A DNA stretch of 64,000 nucleotides from Tubiluchus corallicola (GCA_030141605.1 JAQGDQ010000011.1:1422066-1486065); one strand, 5' to 3'; positions 47,143-61,000 are shown, counted from the stretch's first letter. Notes: generated by a model not told the origin, from the sequence alone. Numbers and translations: made by a program.

Positions 47143-47676
47143 TTTCCTTAACTGTTTATTTAATTCATAGGTGGCGCCAATAGCAAACTACTAGTAATTT
47201 AATTTCCATTATAGAACATAGGTGGTACCGCCCAGTTACTATAAGCATCTTGCATGCTAGCATGCATCCAGGCAAGAATTGGTAGATATTTATAGAAATG
47301 AAGCCGGCTTTTACATGGACAAGCCTAAATGGTTACTCACTCACATAAATATATTTGGCAGGCTCTTCATGAAGCCATCAATCAAATTAAATAAAATATG
47401 CCGGACAAATTATGTCCGCCAAAATATTATACTTAGGGTATCATTTTAAGTACAATATCATATAATGATTATCAAAATCATTATCAATGTCATTAGCACA
47501 ACATCAATGCATCCACAAACAAATACTCATCATGATTAACACACCGTAATGATCGGTTTCTAACATCCTCATATCATTTTAGGAGACTGCAGTTGTCCAA
47601 ACAATGCTTGAGGATTTTACAGCAAACGAGATGATTTTACAACAAACGAGATTGCATTGTACATAAAAATACCAAA

Positions 47677-49178
47677 TTATAATGTCATGGAATCAACTAT
47701 AAACATCATAAAATCGTAATTATCAGTCAAAATCATTGTTATCATTAGAGTTCTATCATTATGCTCTTCTTCTTCTTCATCATCTTCTTCTCTTCCAGTC
47801 AAAGGTCCATGCTTGGTCCAATATAGGCGAGAAAAACGAGATCTTCCACTGGAGGTATGGACATTGGCATCTGGGTACAATGTCTCAAGTTATCCTTGAC
47901 CCCACAGGCAGGGTTGTCAGTGTGGACGGGCAGTATGTCCTTATTATAAACTGTTGCTGCCACGTCATCGATGTCAGAAATTCACCATTATCAAAAGTGT
48001 CACTATCAATCGTTATATCATCACATCATCTAGGCAGCTAAAGCTGATAAACAACGACTGAAGATTTTACAGCAACGTTAGATTTCTGCCACATCAGAAT
48101 TCGAATTCTTCAGCAACCGAAATTATATTGTACATAAAATACCACATCATCGAAGGAGTTTGTTAAATATCATATAATCATCATCAACACTTCATTCTCT
48201 GCCTCTGTGTAACCTTCATATTCTTCTAAAGGCGGAAGGTCTTCTAGTTGAGAGGGTCGGACAACACAGACGGGAAGGCGATGGTGGCATAGTGATGTGG
48301 GTTTGGCTGGCAACCATATTAAATGTATGTGGTTGTATGGAACATGGTAGGGATGCAGGGATTGTGGCTGAATGGGTGATGATGGCACAACCTGCTTGTT
48401 TAGTACAATGTTTACCAAAAGGCACCTAGCAGGGTGGTGAGTGAAATTGCACAGCCATGTTTGTGACCATTACTTCGATGTGACAGTTGACGAATTGTTG
48501 TAACTCCCGTCCCTTCATGAAAATTTGATGGTTTGTCGTGGTTTGTTTCAAAATATCAGGGAGGGCCGACCAGGCGACATTGTGAATTTTCATTTGGTGA
48601 TAACATGCCTGGCATTGCATTATATAGGGTCTTTGTTGTCACGTAATGGCTATGGTAATGCTGTAACTAATTCATCCCAAAGAGAGCCAGCAAACAAGTT
48701 GTCTACTGCAAAATTGGTATCTAAACGAGAAGAAGTCTGATTTTCATAATAAATAGGGAGTGATCCTTGCAAATAATAAAAGGTCACTTGTTCTTTGTGA
48801 AATGGTACTACGTAATATTGTCCATTGTTTATGTGATACAAAGTGGTGGAGACGTTGCGAATGTGATTTGCTTGTCACAGTTCTGTGCAATAAATTTTCC
48901 ATCCTTTTTGAGCAAAGCGGGTAGACAGGTTCTTTACGTGTATTAAAATTAAAAATAAGCTTCACATTACGACAAGCCGAGTATTGTGTCTGCAAATAAG
49001 TACTGGTGGTTACTTCGTCTACTTCGTAACAGCATGTTCCATCCTTTGAGACTGTTAAATATATTGTAGACAGAGATATAAGCATGAACACTTTCGTAAC
49101 TGGGTGAGCACTGGGCAGAGCTTAAGCCTCGTACAGAGTAAACATATCAGTTACGCGAACGAATAGAAGTGTTAACAT
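47677..49178 (-). pseudogene. Decayed intronless ORF cassette of unknown (possibly virus/Polinton-like) origin
   Basis: TATAAAAA (49205-49212, minus) ~27 nt before ATG 49178. The reading frame continues for ~330 codons through isolated stops and frameshifts (track ORFs 48744-49091, 48650-48841, 48426-48620, 48170-48425). Less AT-rich than its flanks; 3' end tandemly duplicated. Confidence 0.5.
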
Positions 49179-49740
49179 CGAGAAGTCTTTCGGAATTAAG
49201 ACAGTTTTTATAATCTATGAAAAATATTGCCAAACACTGGTATGAGGCTCTTGCAGAAATATTAAACCTTGTGATAGATAGCTTTCAATTTACCGTAAAT
49301 AAAAATTAATTGCTTGTGCGGTATTAGTGATGTTGGAGTTTTGCTAGCTAACCACATTGAAAGTGCTGCCCCAAATGACAGTCACGCAGAGATTTGTGAC
49401 TCAATGTTATTGCTGCTATCTACTGGACAAAAGACGAAGCTAAAATCTGCCATAGAAAGCATTGCGAAGTAAGGAGTCACACGCATGTTAAGTTTATTTA
49501 AATTACAAGTTGATAGGATGTACAGTGCCTCACTAAGAACTCATCAGAAGTTATTGTGCATAACACCAAGAAAGCAATTTTGAATAACTGCACATCGGTA
49601 CTCACCACTGAAAGGATTAACGAAGAATTCTGGAAAGGACGAGTAATCACCTTAATATTATAATAAGCAATAATTTGATTTTGTGAGTGATGAACTGATA
49701 ATACATGTGTGCAATCCAAATGGTATGCTTTAGGTTAGCT

Positions 49741-49965
49741 AATGCCTGAGCACTATGTGAGATGATCGCTTGCCGACATCCCTGTGCAGTGTGCACCCCA
49801 GCGCCACGTACCACCTCGTACCGCCGTACTATCTCACAATTTGTATCTCGCCGCAACGCAATGTATCCTGGCTCTGTACGTGAGTCGCGGTGCAGCACAT
49901 GACAAAGCAGCACACAGCAGGAGATGTGCAGATACAGCGAGGCGGTACAGAACACACTGTCTGCA
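49741..49965. repeat. GC-rich imperfect inverted repeat, probable MITE remnant
   Basis: CAGTGTG...CTCGTACCGCC versus GAGGCGGTAC...CACACTG. Confidence 0.35.
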
Positions 49966-51034
49966 GTGCATTGTAACGACGCTGGAATATTCTGTTCGAC
50001 TAGAACTCTTTTTTAATTTCTTCAGTTGTGTTAGGTAGACCTACCTTCAGTTTAGTGCTAAAGTGATTATATTGGAATGAATACTCGTGCAGGATCAACT
50101 AATGTGGATAATTCTTTTACGTTTGTTCACGGCGAAACCCTTTTTTTGTCATTGAATATCAGTGTTAATTTTGAGTATGCAGCAATATATTTCCCAAAAA
50201 GAAACTGGCAATATGGGAATCTTTGGAGCCTTTCCGATCAAGTTTTAGCGAAATTCTGGCCCTTTTTAACGACGCCTGTTTTGGCTATTAAAGTTTTATT
50301 AAAGTTCTTCTTATGAACTTCTTATGAATGATTTTTTTGGAAATTTATAAGTACGAACGTTCTTAGCGTTACTAACAGATTCATTCAGCCAGTTTGCCTA
50401 AAAATATTCTTAAATTTCTTCGTAACTTTACTCGCTGATTAGAACTTGCATAAGTACAGTTTTGTACGTGGCAATGGTTTTGCGGAAGAGGAAAGGTTGA
50501 TAATAGAAATTTGATATGTAGAAAACATATTTTTCGCAATAGATTAGAATTAGACCTTTCAAATGAAAGCGATATGCGAGCTATAGTTCGCACAGCAAAC
50601 CATAAAGCTGCGTCTGTTTTTCTTTTTCTGTCTATATGTCTGTCTATATGTACCTATTGACCACCTACCTACCTTAAATGCTCATCTGTGGATTGACTGA
50701 CTAACCAGCCAATTGACCGACCGTCTTTTGTTTTGTTCCTCACTTCTTAGTTTGGGACTTCTTTTACACATTGTTAAGTATTGTGCTTTCTCCTGTACCA
50801 ACATCGTCCACTATCGGTTAGCACGAACATTCGAGATCAAACGAGTGGTTTGAATTCATTTAAAACCTGAAGTTGTAGATTCGAATTGTACAGCACTTCA
50901 ACCACTTTATTACAACGTTTGGAATATCACGCAATTACCGCAATTTTTTGTGCACAAGTTTTAAATGTGTGCTTGCGCAGCAAAAAATGCCGGTCAAACT
51001 TTTTTAGTTATTCAAATGTTCTGAATCTCTAGTT

Positions 51035-51680
51035 CATGGGGATCATTTTGATACCAAGTTTGTCACTGTATGTTATTTCTAAGCTGAGATATTCCACATT
51101 GAAGTTGAGGTGCAGGCTGCATACTGAAAAACATAATTTTGAGAAAATCACCGTTAAAGTTTGTCATTGTTTTATGCCGCATTTCTATAAAGCACTTAGT
51201 AACTGCAGGAACTGGTGGTTGCTATCGACGTTTGTAACAGCACATTGAAGCTACACTTAAATCCTGTGGATGGCTCGTCCAAACGAATATCTGAGCTTGG
51301 CAGAAAAGAACGCAAGTAAAATGACTGCTTCCACAGGCTACTATTGGAGTTTTAAAAATACGAGTTTTTGAGAAATATAGTGCTAGTTTTTAGTAAGAGA
51401 AGTGGGTAAGGACTAAGGTGTTATAAAACCAAATTTTTAGTAATTTCTAAACAATCTCTTGGCATTTTTATGCTAGAACGCAAGAGTTCAATATATTTAG
51501 AGTTTGTTTTTGTAAAATAAAAAACAAAAAAGAAAAGATATTTTATCCAATTTTTGCTGTATGCATTCTATTTTGTAGCATCACAGTTCATAATGCAGTT
51601 TTAACTGTGCCGACTGGACTATAACTGGATGGACTGGACTGGACTGTGCCGACTGTAACTGGACGGTTTTGGTCTGCATA
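51035..51680. repeat. Dispersed ~600-bp repeat of unknown class, copy 2
   Basis: Colinear with 23110-23720, same orientation. Confidence 0.8.
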
Positions 51681-52017
51681 CACAGAATTATTAGTGGATT
51701 TACGGCACAACGAAATAGTAATAGACATTTCTTGCATTAAATTTTTGGAAAGTTACTTAGTGCCTTTTTTGTCATAATTGATCTTTCATGTAGCACTTGG
51801 TACGCGCAAAGTGGTCGGTGCGTTGTTGTTGCAGACGAATTACGGGTTAATACAGAACACACATAAGAAAACCAAACAAAATATTGACAAAGTTTATTCT
51901 TGTTTATTATACCATAGAATTACTCGCAATGCAACATATACAAAAGATCAAGATTACCCACAATATTAAGATCCATATTTATACTGCGACGACTGATTAC
52001 AACATTTTTGCGTCCAG

Positions 52018-55000
52018 ATGACTTATGTTGACCCAGTGGAACTGACTACAATTTTGGATAAAGAATTTACGTTCTTTCACACGTGTAGATGGATCGCTGA
52101 CGCTTATGTTGTGGTAAACTTGTTTCAAACAAGTTGTTTGTGATTAAGGAAATTGATTATTAGTATAATTGGCAGTTATTTATTTATAATTATACCTGAT
52201 ATTTCGACTGTAAGCGTAATTCATACTGAGTTGTGGTTATGTTGCTGTCTCTAAAGTGGCATAAATGCAACTTGCAGTTGCCGATGTATTTTTCTTTTTA
52301 TGCTGCTATTCGTTTTGTGTTTTTTCTGCAGGCCCGCAGGGTGGAAACCACATCCGTACATTACATAAACGCGCGTTACTTAAGCCCTGCCTTCATTTAC
52401 TTTTATAGTCCTATGCTGTTCGATTTATGAAATTTTATATTATAATGGTTTATGTATAATTATTCACTTGTTTTCAAATTGTTTTTGTATGTTTAATTAT
52501 TGAATTTTTATTCTTTATTCAGGAGTTCTACGTGCAAGATTTTTGGCATAAGTTGCCATCTTGCTGGCAACGATCTTTGGAAAATGTTGAACCCTGGCAA
52601 CTGGCAGAGTTGTTGTGTGATGGGAATCAGAAGTGGTAATGAATTAAATATGTCACAAAAACTGAGTGACGTCTCCACTGTGGGAGTGATGTTAGTCTAC
52701 CCATTAACGAAAAATGCTACTCAGTGGTCACTATACTGATACAATATGTAATTTTGTAAAATCTATCCACGAAGTTTTTACCTAGGTATAAGATAATATA
52801 ATATAAGATAATATTTATTTACACAATAGAATTACAAACAAATAATAAATAAACTTATAAAAAATAAACACTTTTATTATAACCAACACAGTAACAGAGT
52901 TTTCAGTTCAAGATGATAATGTTAGAGCTGACTTCAACTGAGAAGCTCAGTTTGAGTAGAGTTAAAGTTGATGGAAGTAACTAATGTGGTAGAGGGAGGA
53001 CTGATACAATCTAAGTGCTGTCACACTTTTACGCAAAACTCTTTATGGCCATTGCTAACAACTTTGCCTTGCTACTTTACATATTTTAGCATTTTTTTAT
53101 TTCAGCTTTTTAATCACTTCATTCAAGTAAATAATTTGAAAATATTAAGTCTCTGGGATTGCCTAGAATCTTGCATCAATCAGATGATATATATGCATTT
53201 GGCATATTTAATGGTTTTGGCAGTAACACATACATCAAAAATTCAAAATCTTTTAAATTTTTTTATGCAGCTTTTTGAATATGAAATATTACTGCGTTCA
53301 CGGTCAGTTTGGTCAAAAGCATCGATAATGTCATGAATATGGTAAGTGGTAAGACAAACAGGAAATTCTGTTGATCTGCTTTAGGCCCATGATGTGGCTA
53401 TTTAGTCACTGTGACTCATTATTCGACTAACCTGCTTAAACTATCTACATTTGTTATTACAGGTCGCGAGTATGGCCGCTGTCATTGTTAGCATACAGAG
53501 TAGCTGCTGCTGTTCTCTCTTTGCCCCGAATGCCTGACGAGAACACTTTTTTGTCCGATGACAGCGAGATGTCCAATTTCGATTCATTAGAAGATTTTCA
53601 GAAAGACAAGCATCAAAGAACTCTTTGCGCAAAGGCTGTGGCTGGCTTGCGCTATCATCGCGTAAAGTCAAAAAAACTTCACGAGATCCACAGACTGGCT
53701 TATGTGAGTTTGTGACTGTCTGTTCAATTAATGAATCAGATAACAGCTAATTTTTAATTTTTCAGTTTTCATTTGTTTGTCTATGTTTCTGTATTTGTTT
53801 TCATTTGTTTGTCTATGATTCTGCATCTAATTAGTGTGCATCCAACAGTTCGTGGTTGATGAAGTCAAATCTGAGGTGAACAAAAACTGTTGATCAAATA
53901 AGAATAGTTGTGATTTCTGGGTGAATTTTAAAGGAAAGGCCAAATTTTCTGGAAAGTCAGGCTTATTTGAATACTTGCGAGAAATGTTAGAAGGATTTAG
54001 TAGTAAAAGTGTTATAAATGACTGATGTAATTAATAAAATCTCTTTAAAGTCACAATCACTTCGTGCTTGGGCGCTCCCATTTTCAATGCCCATTCTTCT
54101 TTCTATGACGTCATTCATCCTGAAGAAAAGTAGCACACTGTCAATCTTTCATCAAAAGTATAATAAGTTTTTATAGAATAATTAGATGGTTATTTTGTAA
54201 TGTTTTGCATGAACATTAGGTAAACTGCAGAAATTTGAATTAGTTTAAGTAATATGTACTTACGGAAAGCCACAATGCACTCACAAAAAGTCATGAAGTC
54301 TCCCAGTTACGTCATAATTTTCAAGTTAATGGCAGCAACCATCATGCCTGAAAATTTCTATTCAGAGATAGTATATTTTAAATTTTTCTAGACAATTTTT
54401 TGCAAATTTCTCTTTTATATTTTAGTGATAACAATAATGTAAACCCAACATACTGAGTGACTTCCTTTAAGGACATTATCACAAGATTCAGAAGAGTTTT
54501 TGTGAAGAATATAAATGCAGTCTTGATATTTTTCTGTCTATACTGAAAATTGCTTTCAATAATTTCTCTCAAAGGCACATTTTGAAGTCTATTTAATACT
54601 GTCACTTGTGGTACTACTGGAACATAGATGATTATCAAGGATAATCCTCGGAGGTGAATTGTAAAATGGCAGAAGATGCATCGGCCATCTTCCTGTGCGA
54701 GTAAATCCTCTCTCAATCACCGAAATAGTGAGAGGGTGAAGAACTCTGTTAGAAGCAATTTGCCAGCCATTCACCAAGGTATTTACTGACTAGGAGCAGT
54801 GTTTCTTAACTTTAATTGCAAATATTATGACCTTTTTTCTAGGCTCAGCAATTCCACTATAGTCATTATTGTAGGTTGTACATTCACTTGCTTCCAAAGT
54901 CGACTGTAGCAAGGTGATAGACGTCGGGTGCGGTCAAGGTCACCTCTCCAGATTCCTCTCATTTGGTTTGGGTTTGAATGTGATTAGTATTGATGCAGAT

Positions 55001-58000
55001 GATAACCATATGAGGGGAGCTCAAAGACTCGACAGGTAAGATATGAAGAAGGAGGCATAGGTGTATCTGACGAAATATCTTCTGTCATAATTTCATGTGC
55101 TTAAATTTCCATTTTATATTTGCAATAGGGTGTGCATCCTAACAAAGATTTTTACATTCGAGTTTTGCTCCATCAACAAAATCTAGTCAGTTAAGCGTAA
55201 ACAAACTCTGAAATTTATGGTATCAATACTTTTCCAAATTAGCTGGCAACTAACGATATCATTAATTAATTATGAGCGTGATTGCCAGAATTTTTATTAA
55301 CCATTGCAGTTTAGTTTTCCAATTATTACCATTTGGCGGGCAAACGAGACACTGAAAAATTGTAGACTAGTCGGGGTTTGAACCCGAGACCTGGGATACA
55401 ACACCGCCATGTGTTGATACTCTAAGTATTCACCTACTGTAATGGGTCAGGTGGTGATGTTGGATTGTGAACTACAAGGAGGAAGTCTTAGGCCTACTCT
55501 GTTATGCTTGGTAACTTGGGTAGTACAGCATGGGAGTACTAATCCCAGATCTCAGTTCAAATCCTGACTAGTCCACAATTTGTCAGTGTTTCCTTTCTCC
55601 AATGCATTACTGCACAACAATGATTAATAATTGGTAAAATAAACTGTAATGGTCAATAATTGGTAAAATAAACCGCAATGGTTAATAAAAATTCTGGCAA
55701 TCACATTCATTATTAATTGATGAAGCATAAACAAACTCTAAAATTTTTTAACACTTTTGCCCCTGTTGAGACATGTTAGTGAACACTTGTCACATCCATG
55801 TGTTCAACATCAACAGTATTGAAAACAACGAGACCTAGTTTCAGATCACTATTACATGCCCATTCTAAATGTCTGCTTTGTTCAGTGACTCCCGAGAGGA
55901 AGGCTATCTTCTTGGGCATCACAGAGGGGCTTGATGAAAAACACATAGTCCTTTATTGCTATTGAAGTTTTTGATTGCTGTTTTGCAGCCGCGCCAAAAG
56001 ATCCTGCAGGTATAATGAGAAAGAATCCATGAATAAACCCAAAGAACCTAAGTATATTACACATCGCATCTGCTCTGATACTTCACCAGATCATTTCCGA
56101 GAACTGACTTTGATGGAGGTTTGTTTGTTTGTTTGTTTTTATTTTTGGCGATACATTAATTTTTGCTTCCTAGAGCTAGACAATTAGAAATACTATGAAT
56201 GAAGAGTGGTGCAAATGGATTTTTTATACTGTGTGTTTATCTGAAGTGTTAGTGGAGGCTTCAGTTTATGTTTATACAGTTTTATAGTTTTCAAGCTTGA
56301 TGATCAACCTGATTTGCAGTATGACAGAGATGGTGATGTTGCACCAACCACCAGCTTAGTTTAGTATGTTAGATAATGGCAGACTAGCAAGTTTTTCTCA
56401 CTAATTATAACTTGCCAGGTAACTCGCAAGCAGACTAGAGAGTATAACTTGCTGCGAGTTATTCTCTGACAGTAAACTCACACTTTCTTCTCTATTCACT
56501 GTGAGAAGTATCGAGAGCTCACTCTAGACAATAACTCGAGCAATTGTCAGAGAGTTCGCAGTTTCTTGCCAATAATAATTCAAAAGGCAGTTCACACTTG
56601 TGAATTTACCATCAGAGAAAAGCTCGGAATAAAAAACTCGCTAGTCTGAACAAGTCGTTTTATTCACTCCATACAATACCTAGGTAACGAATAAAATATC
56701 TAGCAAAAGTTCAATTCTGCAGAAATTATGTTCATTTTACCTTACCTTTGTTTCCCTTTATCAAACTCAATTTACGCATTTTATATAAATCCTAGCTATT
56801 GTACAAAATATTTAGCTAAAGCATGATAGAGTTGCAGCAAAAAGGTTTATTTCACACTTTTCTCGAAATGCATAGATGTTATATGAAATGCCTAGGAATT
56901 TGATATATTATCTGAATTTGATACATTGCCTGTAACATATGTATTATACTAAAAAGTATCAAAATTGAAAACTAAGCATTTCTATGTGCTATTAAACTTT
57001 TCTCGTTTATACGAAAGAACTACATAGTGAACTACAATAACAGCATAAGAAAGTTTAGCAGCATACAAAAATTACTTTGTTTTTTCTTTTTGCCTTAATT
57101 TTTTTGATATTTTGATTTTGACACCTAAGAATGCTAACATTTCTGGGGCATTGATTTTCCTCCTGGACTCTTACCAGGGCTGAGATGATCCCCGGGCTTT
57201 CTACATTTCGTAGTCATTTTTCCGTCAAATAGTCGGCAGGTCAGGAAATGTATTGACAGTGATGACCTTATTCTTTAACAGGATGAATGCGTGACTCTTG
57301 TGGGCTTGCATACATGCGGCGATCTCGGACCTACAATGATCAGACTGTTTGCTGAGATTCCAAACATTCGGGTCTTGGTTTCAATTGGTTGCTGTTACAT
57401 GAAGGGACAAGAGAAACGGTAATTTTTGTTTTTTAATTTAAATGAAATTAGTAGAGTCTATACTTTTAGGTCCTTATTGATGATGTGAGCTCTACATTAC
57501 TGTACATTACATTGCATTAGTTTACATTACAAATTCTAGTAAAAATGATTTGCTTTCTAGATGCCTTCAAAATGAAATCAAATGAACAGAAATTGTACAA
57601 AACTGGTTGCCAATAAAATTCCTTTTTGAAGAAGTTATACTTATTTGCCAAATATGGATAACTGTACATGAAATGTCTGTTTTTATTTTTACATACTTTT
57701 ACCTTGGTTTATTAGTACGGACCACATACTTGAAGTCTATTTCAGGTCTGCAAGTGGAGTTAGTGAGTCTCTTGGGTTCAGCTACCCAATGAGCAATTTT
57801 CTGAAAAATAAACCCGGTCATCAGATGAGCTATGACTGTCTGGAGCTAGCCTGTCATGCCAAAGAGCAGTACATAAGAAAGCTAACAGGTAAAGGTGGAT
57901 TCTGCCTTGTGCTTTGCTGCCGAATCAGTGGTAGCATTTTTAATCTTTAGTTTGAGTCAACCTGAAATTGAACACACAACCACCCGAGTGCAAAACCAAA

Positions 58001-61000
58001 CCATTACCTCTGAACTAAACCATCTCGTAAAATGATGCAATAATGATCAGTTACTTTCTGTTTAAGGGTAAGTTTAGTTTGCTTGCATCCTCTCATATGT
58101 ATATATATATATATAGCTTGAGAGTGTTGATGTTTAAGCATTATTTTAATTTTTGTTTCTGATGCGTTATTTTTTATGTAGTTGCAAAGGCTTGATCACA
58201 CTGAAAATTGGTTGTGTTAGATGCAAGTAATACCTCAAGTAAACAGCGAATACGTCAAAGGAAGTTATGATGTCAAATTGAAGTCACAGAGCTTTCCTAT
58301 GTAGTTAATAGTTTTAATACAATGTCTATACAGGTGGCTTCAAGTTGTCAAAAGCGTCCAACAGCATATTTACATATATAAGTACATTTTTGTGAATATA
58401 CAGGGTGGACCCAAAATAGTAAGCCCTTTAAAATGCAATAGTGACTAGAATTTTTATTCAATTTGTATACAAACTTAACAGGATAAACTATAAACATGTT
58501 AGCACTTTACCAAGATATATTCTTTAAGGCAGACAACATGACTTTTCATGTACTACCCCATTTTCAAGTCCTATAAAAAGTTTCAACACAATTAATACGG
58601 CAAAAGCATTTCTGGTAATTAAATAATAGATTAAAAAACTTAATTAAAGGCAGGCGAACCAAACTATTGATGACATCACAAACTAACGTAATTTTCAACA
58701 GCAAAAATATTCCACGAGCGTGTTTCACATGTTTGTGAAAACGAAAATTAAAGTACATTACTACTGTAAGATATTTGGTGTGTTGTACAAAAACTAGGCA
58801 AGTTTCAAGATAAAAATTCGAATTTCAAATTTACCGCTGTGCTCACGCATGAGCTGTCAAACGTGTGCAGTTTGTCGCAAACAAATATATATCTGAACTG
58901 AGATGTACAGCGCTTGTTTTTTGTGCAGTGCATTTCCGAATGTAGGCGCTAGTGCCCGTCTACCTGGCGAATGGCAAAATGCATGTAACAGTGAAGAACT
59001 AGTGGCGAAATTGCGTTTGTGTGATAATAGTTCTTTCACGTAAGCCTTTTTTGATAAAATAGTATGCTTTCTTTCAACAGTTTAAAGACTAGATTATTTT
59101 GACGTACAGTTTAAGATTGGGTCCAGTTTTGCTTTAAGTTCTACTTTCAAGACATTCATATTCATATTAATTATTTTAATCACACGTGAAACATTCAAGC
59201 CTTTTTCCAATTTTTAAGCCCAATTTGAGATGCAATTTTTGCATTTAGGTAATTGTCAATTAATTTATCAAACTGTAAATGCTGTCTGCTTGGTCACATT
59301 CAATGAAACCAGCTAGCTAACAGAGTGTTAGGCAGACGTAGTTTATTTGCCAAATAGCATATTAAACCGTATCACTCTTTTCGAAATTTAATTTGCTGAA
59401 AAGTGAAGAACTTTAGCATTTGACTTGAGTATGATTCATTCAGTGGTAAAAATTATTTAAAAAATGTAAATGTGATCAAAAATATTTATGAGTCTTAGAC
59501 ACACCTGAAGTTATGCTTAGGTGCCACAGTAGAAAAAGAACATGTAAACACAAGTTTACAGAATTCCACAGTTAAGAAGCCTGGGGGGAAAAGGGGGTTT
59601 ACAAGTAAATGTTCTACATCTAGAAATATCCAAGGTGAAACTCAGCTCCAGGTAAAAAAAACTTGCTGATGATATATTTACTATGATTTTATTAAATTGG
59701 TTCTGTATCTTCAGCCAAATAGAGTAGGCAAATCATCATTTTGTCTGCATTTATATAGGAAATTCATCAAAGTTAAAACTCCACTGCTACCGGGCTGCAC
59801 TGGAGTGGCTGCTTAAAAACTGCGGAAATCTGAGTCAAGATGCCCGTATTTCTACCAGAACAATCAAACGTATAGAAGATGCATCTTTTACAAAGTACGT
59901 TGCATGCATTCCTGTTTGTGACATTGCAAATAGTAAGTTTCAACTAGTTTTAGTAACTTTTGATATTAACTTACTTGTTAGTGTCAGAGGAACTCAACCA
60001 ATATCGGTTCATTTCTGGATGTTGTTGTTGTTCTTGTTGTTGAGGTGATGACTTTTTGAAAAAAGCCCAAGGCTTTGTCAATTCGCAATGGATTGCCATG
60101 AAACTACGCGCGAATATACTAGAGCAAATTCCACATCCACTGATAGAGTCGAATTTTTGTTCCGCCATTTTAAATTCAAGATGGCAGCTATTGTTGAAAA
60201 AAGACTAAGGCTCTGCCAATTCGCGAGGGATTGTCTTGAAACTTACCTAGAATATTGCAGAAGGTATTCCGCATCACCGGCAGAGCCACATTTTTGATTT
60301 GCCACTTTGAATTCAGGATCACAACACTAATATCATTCTAGAGAAAAGTAGATGTTCCATCAGTTCACAACAGTCATGAATTTGTATTTGAATCTGAAAA
60401 CTTCAACTTGTTTTAGGTCCAAGATATTTTAATCATCTTATTAGTAGTGATAACAACATTATTTGGGTTATTTGCGTTTAGCACTGATGAACGTTTAAAT
60501 AAATAAATTGATTTGTAAAGTGAAACATGCTTGTGACTTGAAAAGTAAGATATTCCAGCATATTTGTGTTGACTTTGCAGTGAGCTGCCACAAGTTTCTC
60601 ACCTTCCTAGTTCCAGATTTACCAGTTGCGTGTCAGTCAGCACCCTTTCCACATGCACATGTATGAATCTTATTTTTGAGAATTTAAGAGCCCCTTACCT
60701 TCAATGCTACAAGGTGTTTTATTACTGTGATTATTACAAATATGTAAGAGATTCAGGTTCACAGTTCTAGTTTTCTGTGTTTCAGGTATGCAGCAGTGGC
60801 ACTACAGCGACTTGGTTTTGAAGGCTGTATTTCTGAAGAAGAGCTACAGGCTGGGGAGAAATTCTGTGAACAAGAATGGAGAAAAGTGATGACATTTCAC
60901 GTTCTCAGACTCATGCTGGCGCCTGTCATAGAGAGTATCGTACTAGTCGATCGGATGCTCTGGTTACGGGAAAGAGGTAAATGGAGACAACATTCTTAGC

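Noticed and set aside
52860-53400. Very faint CR1-like remnant on the minus strand
   Set aside because: Too degraded to support a feature call by eye.
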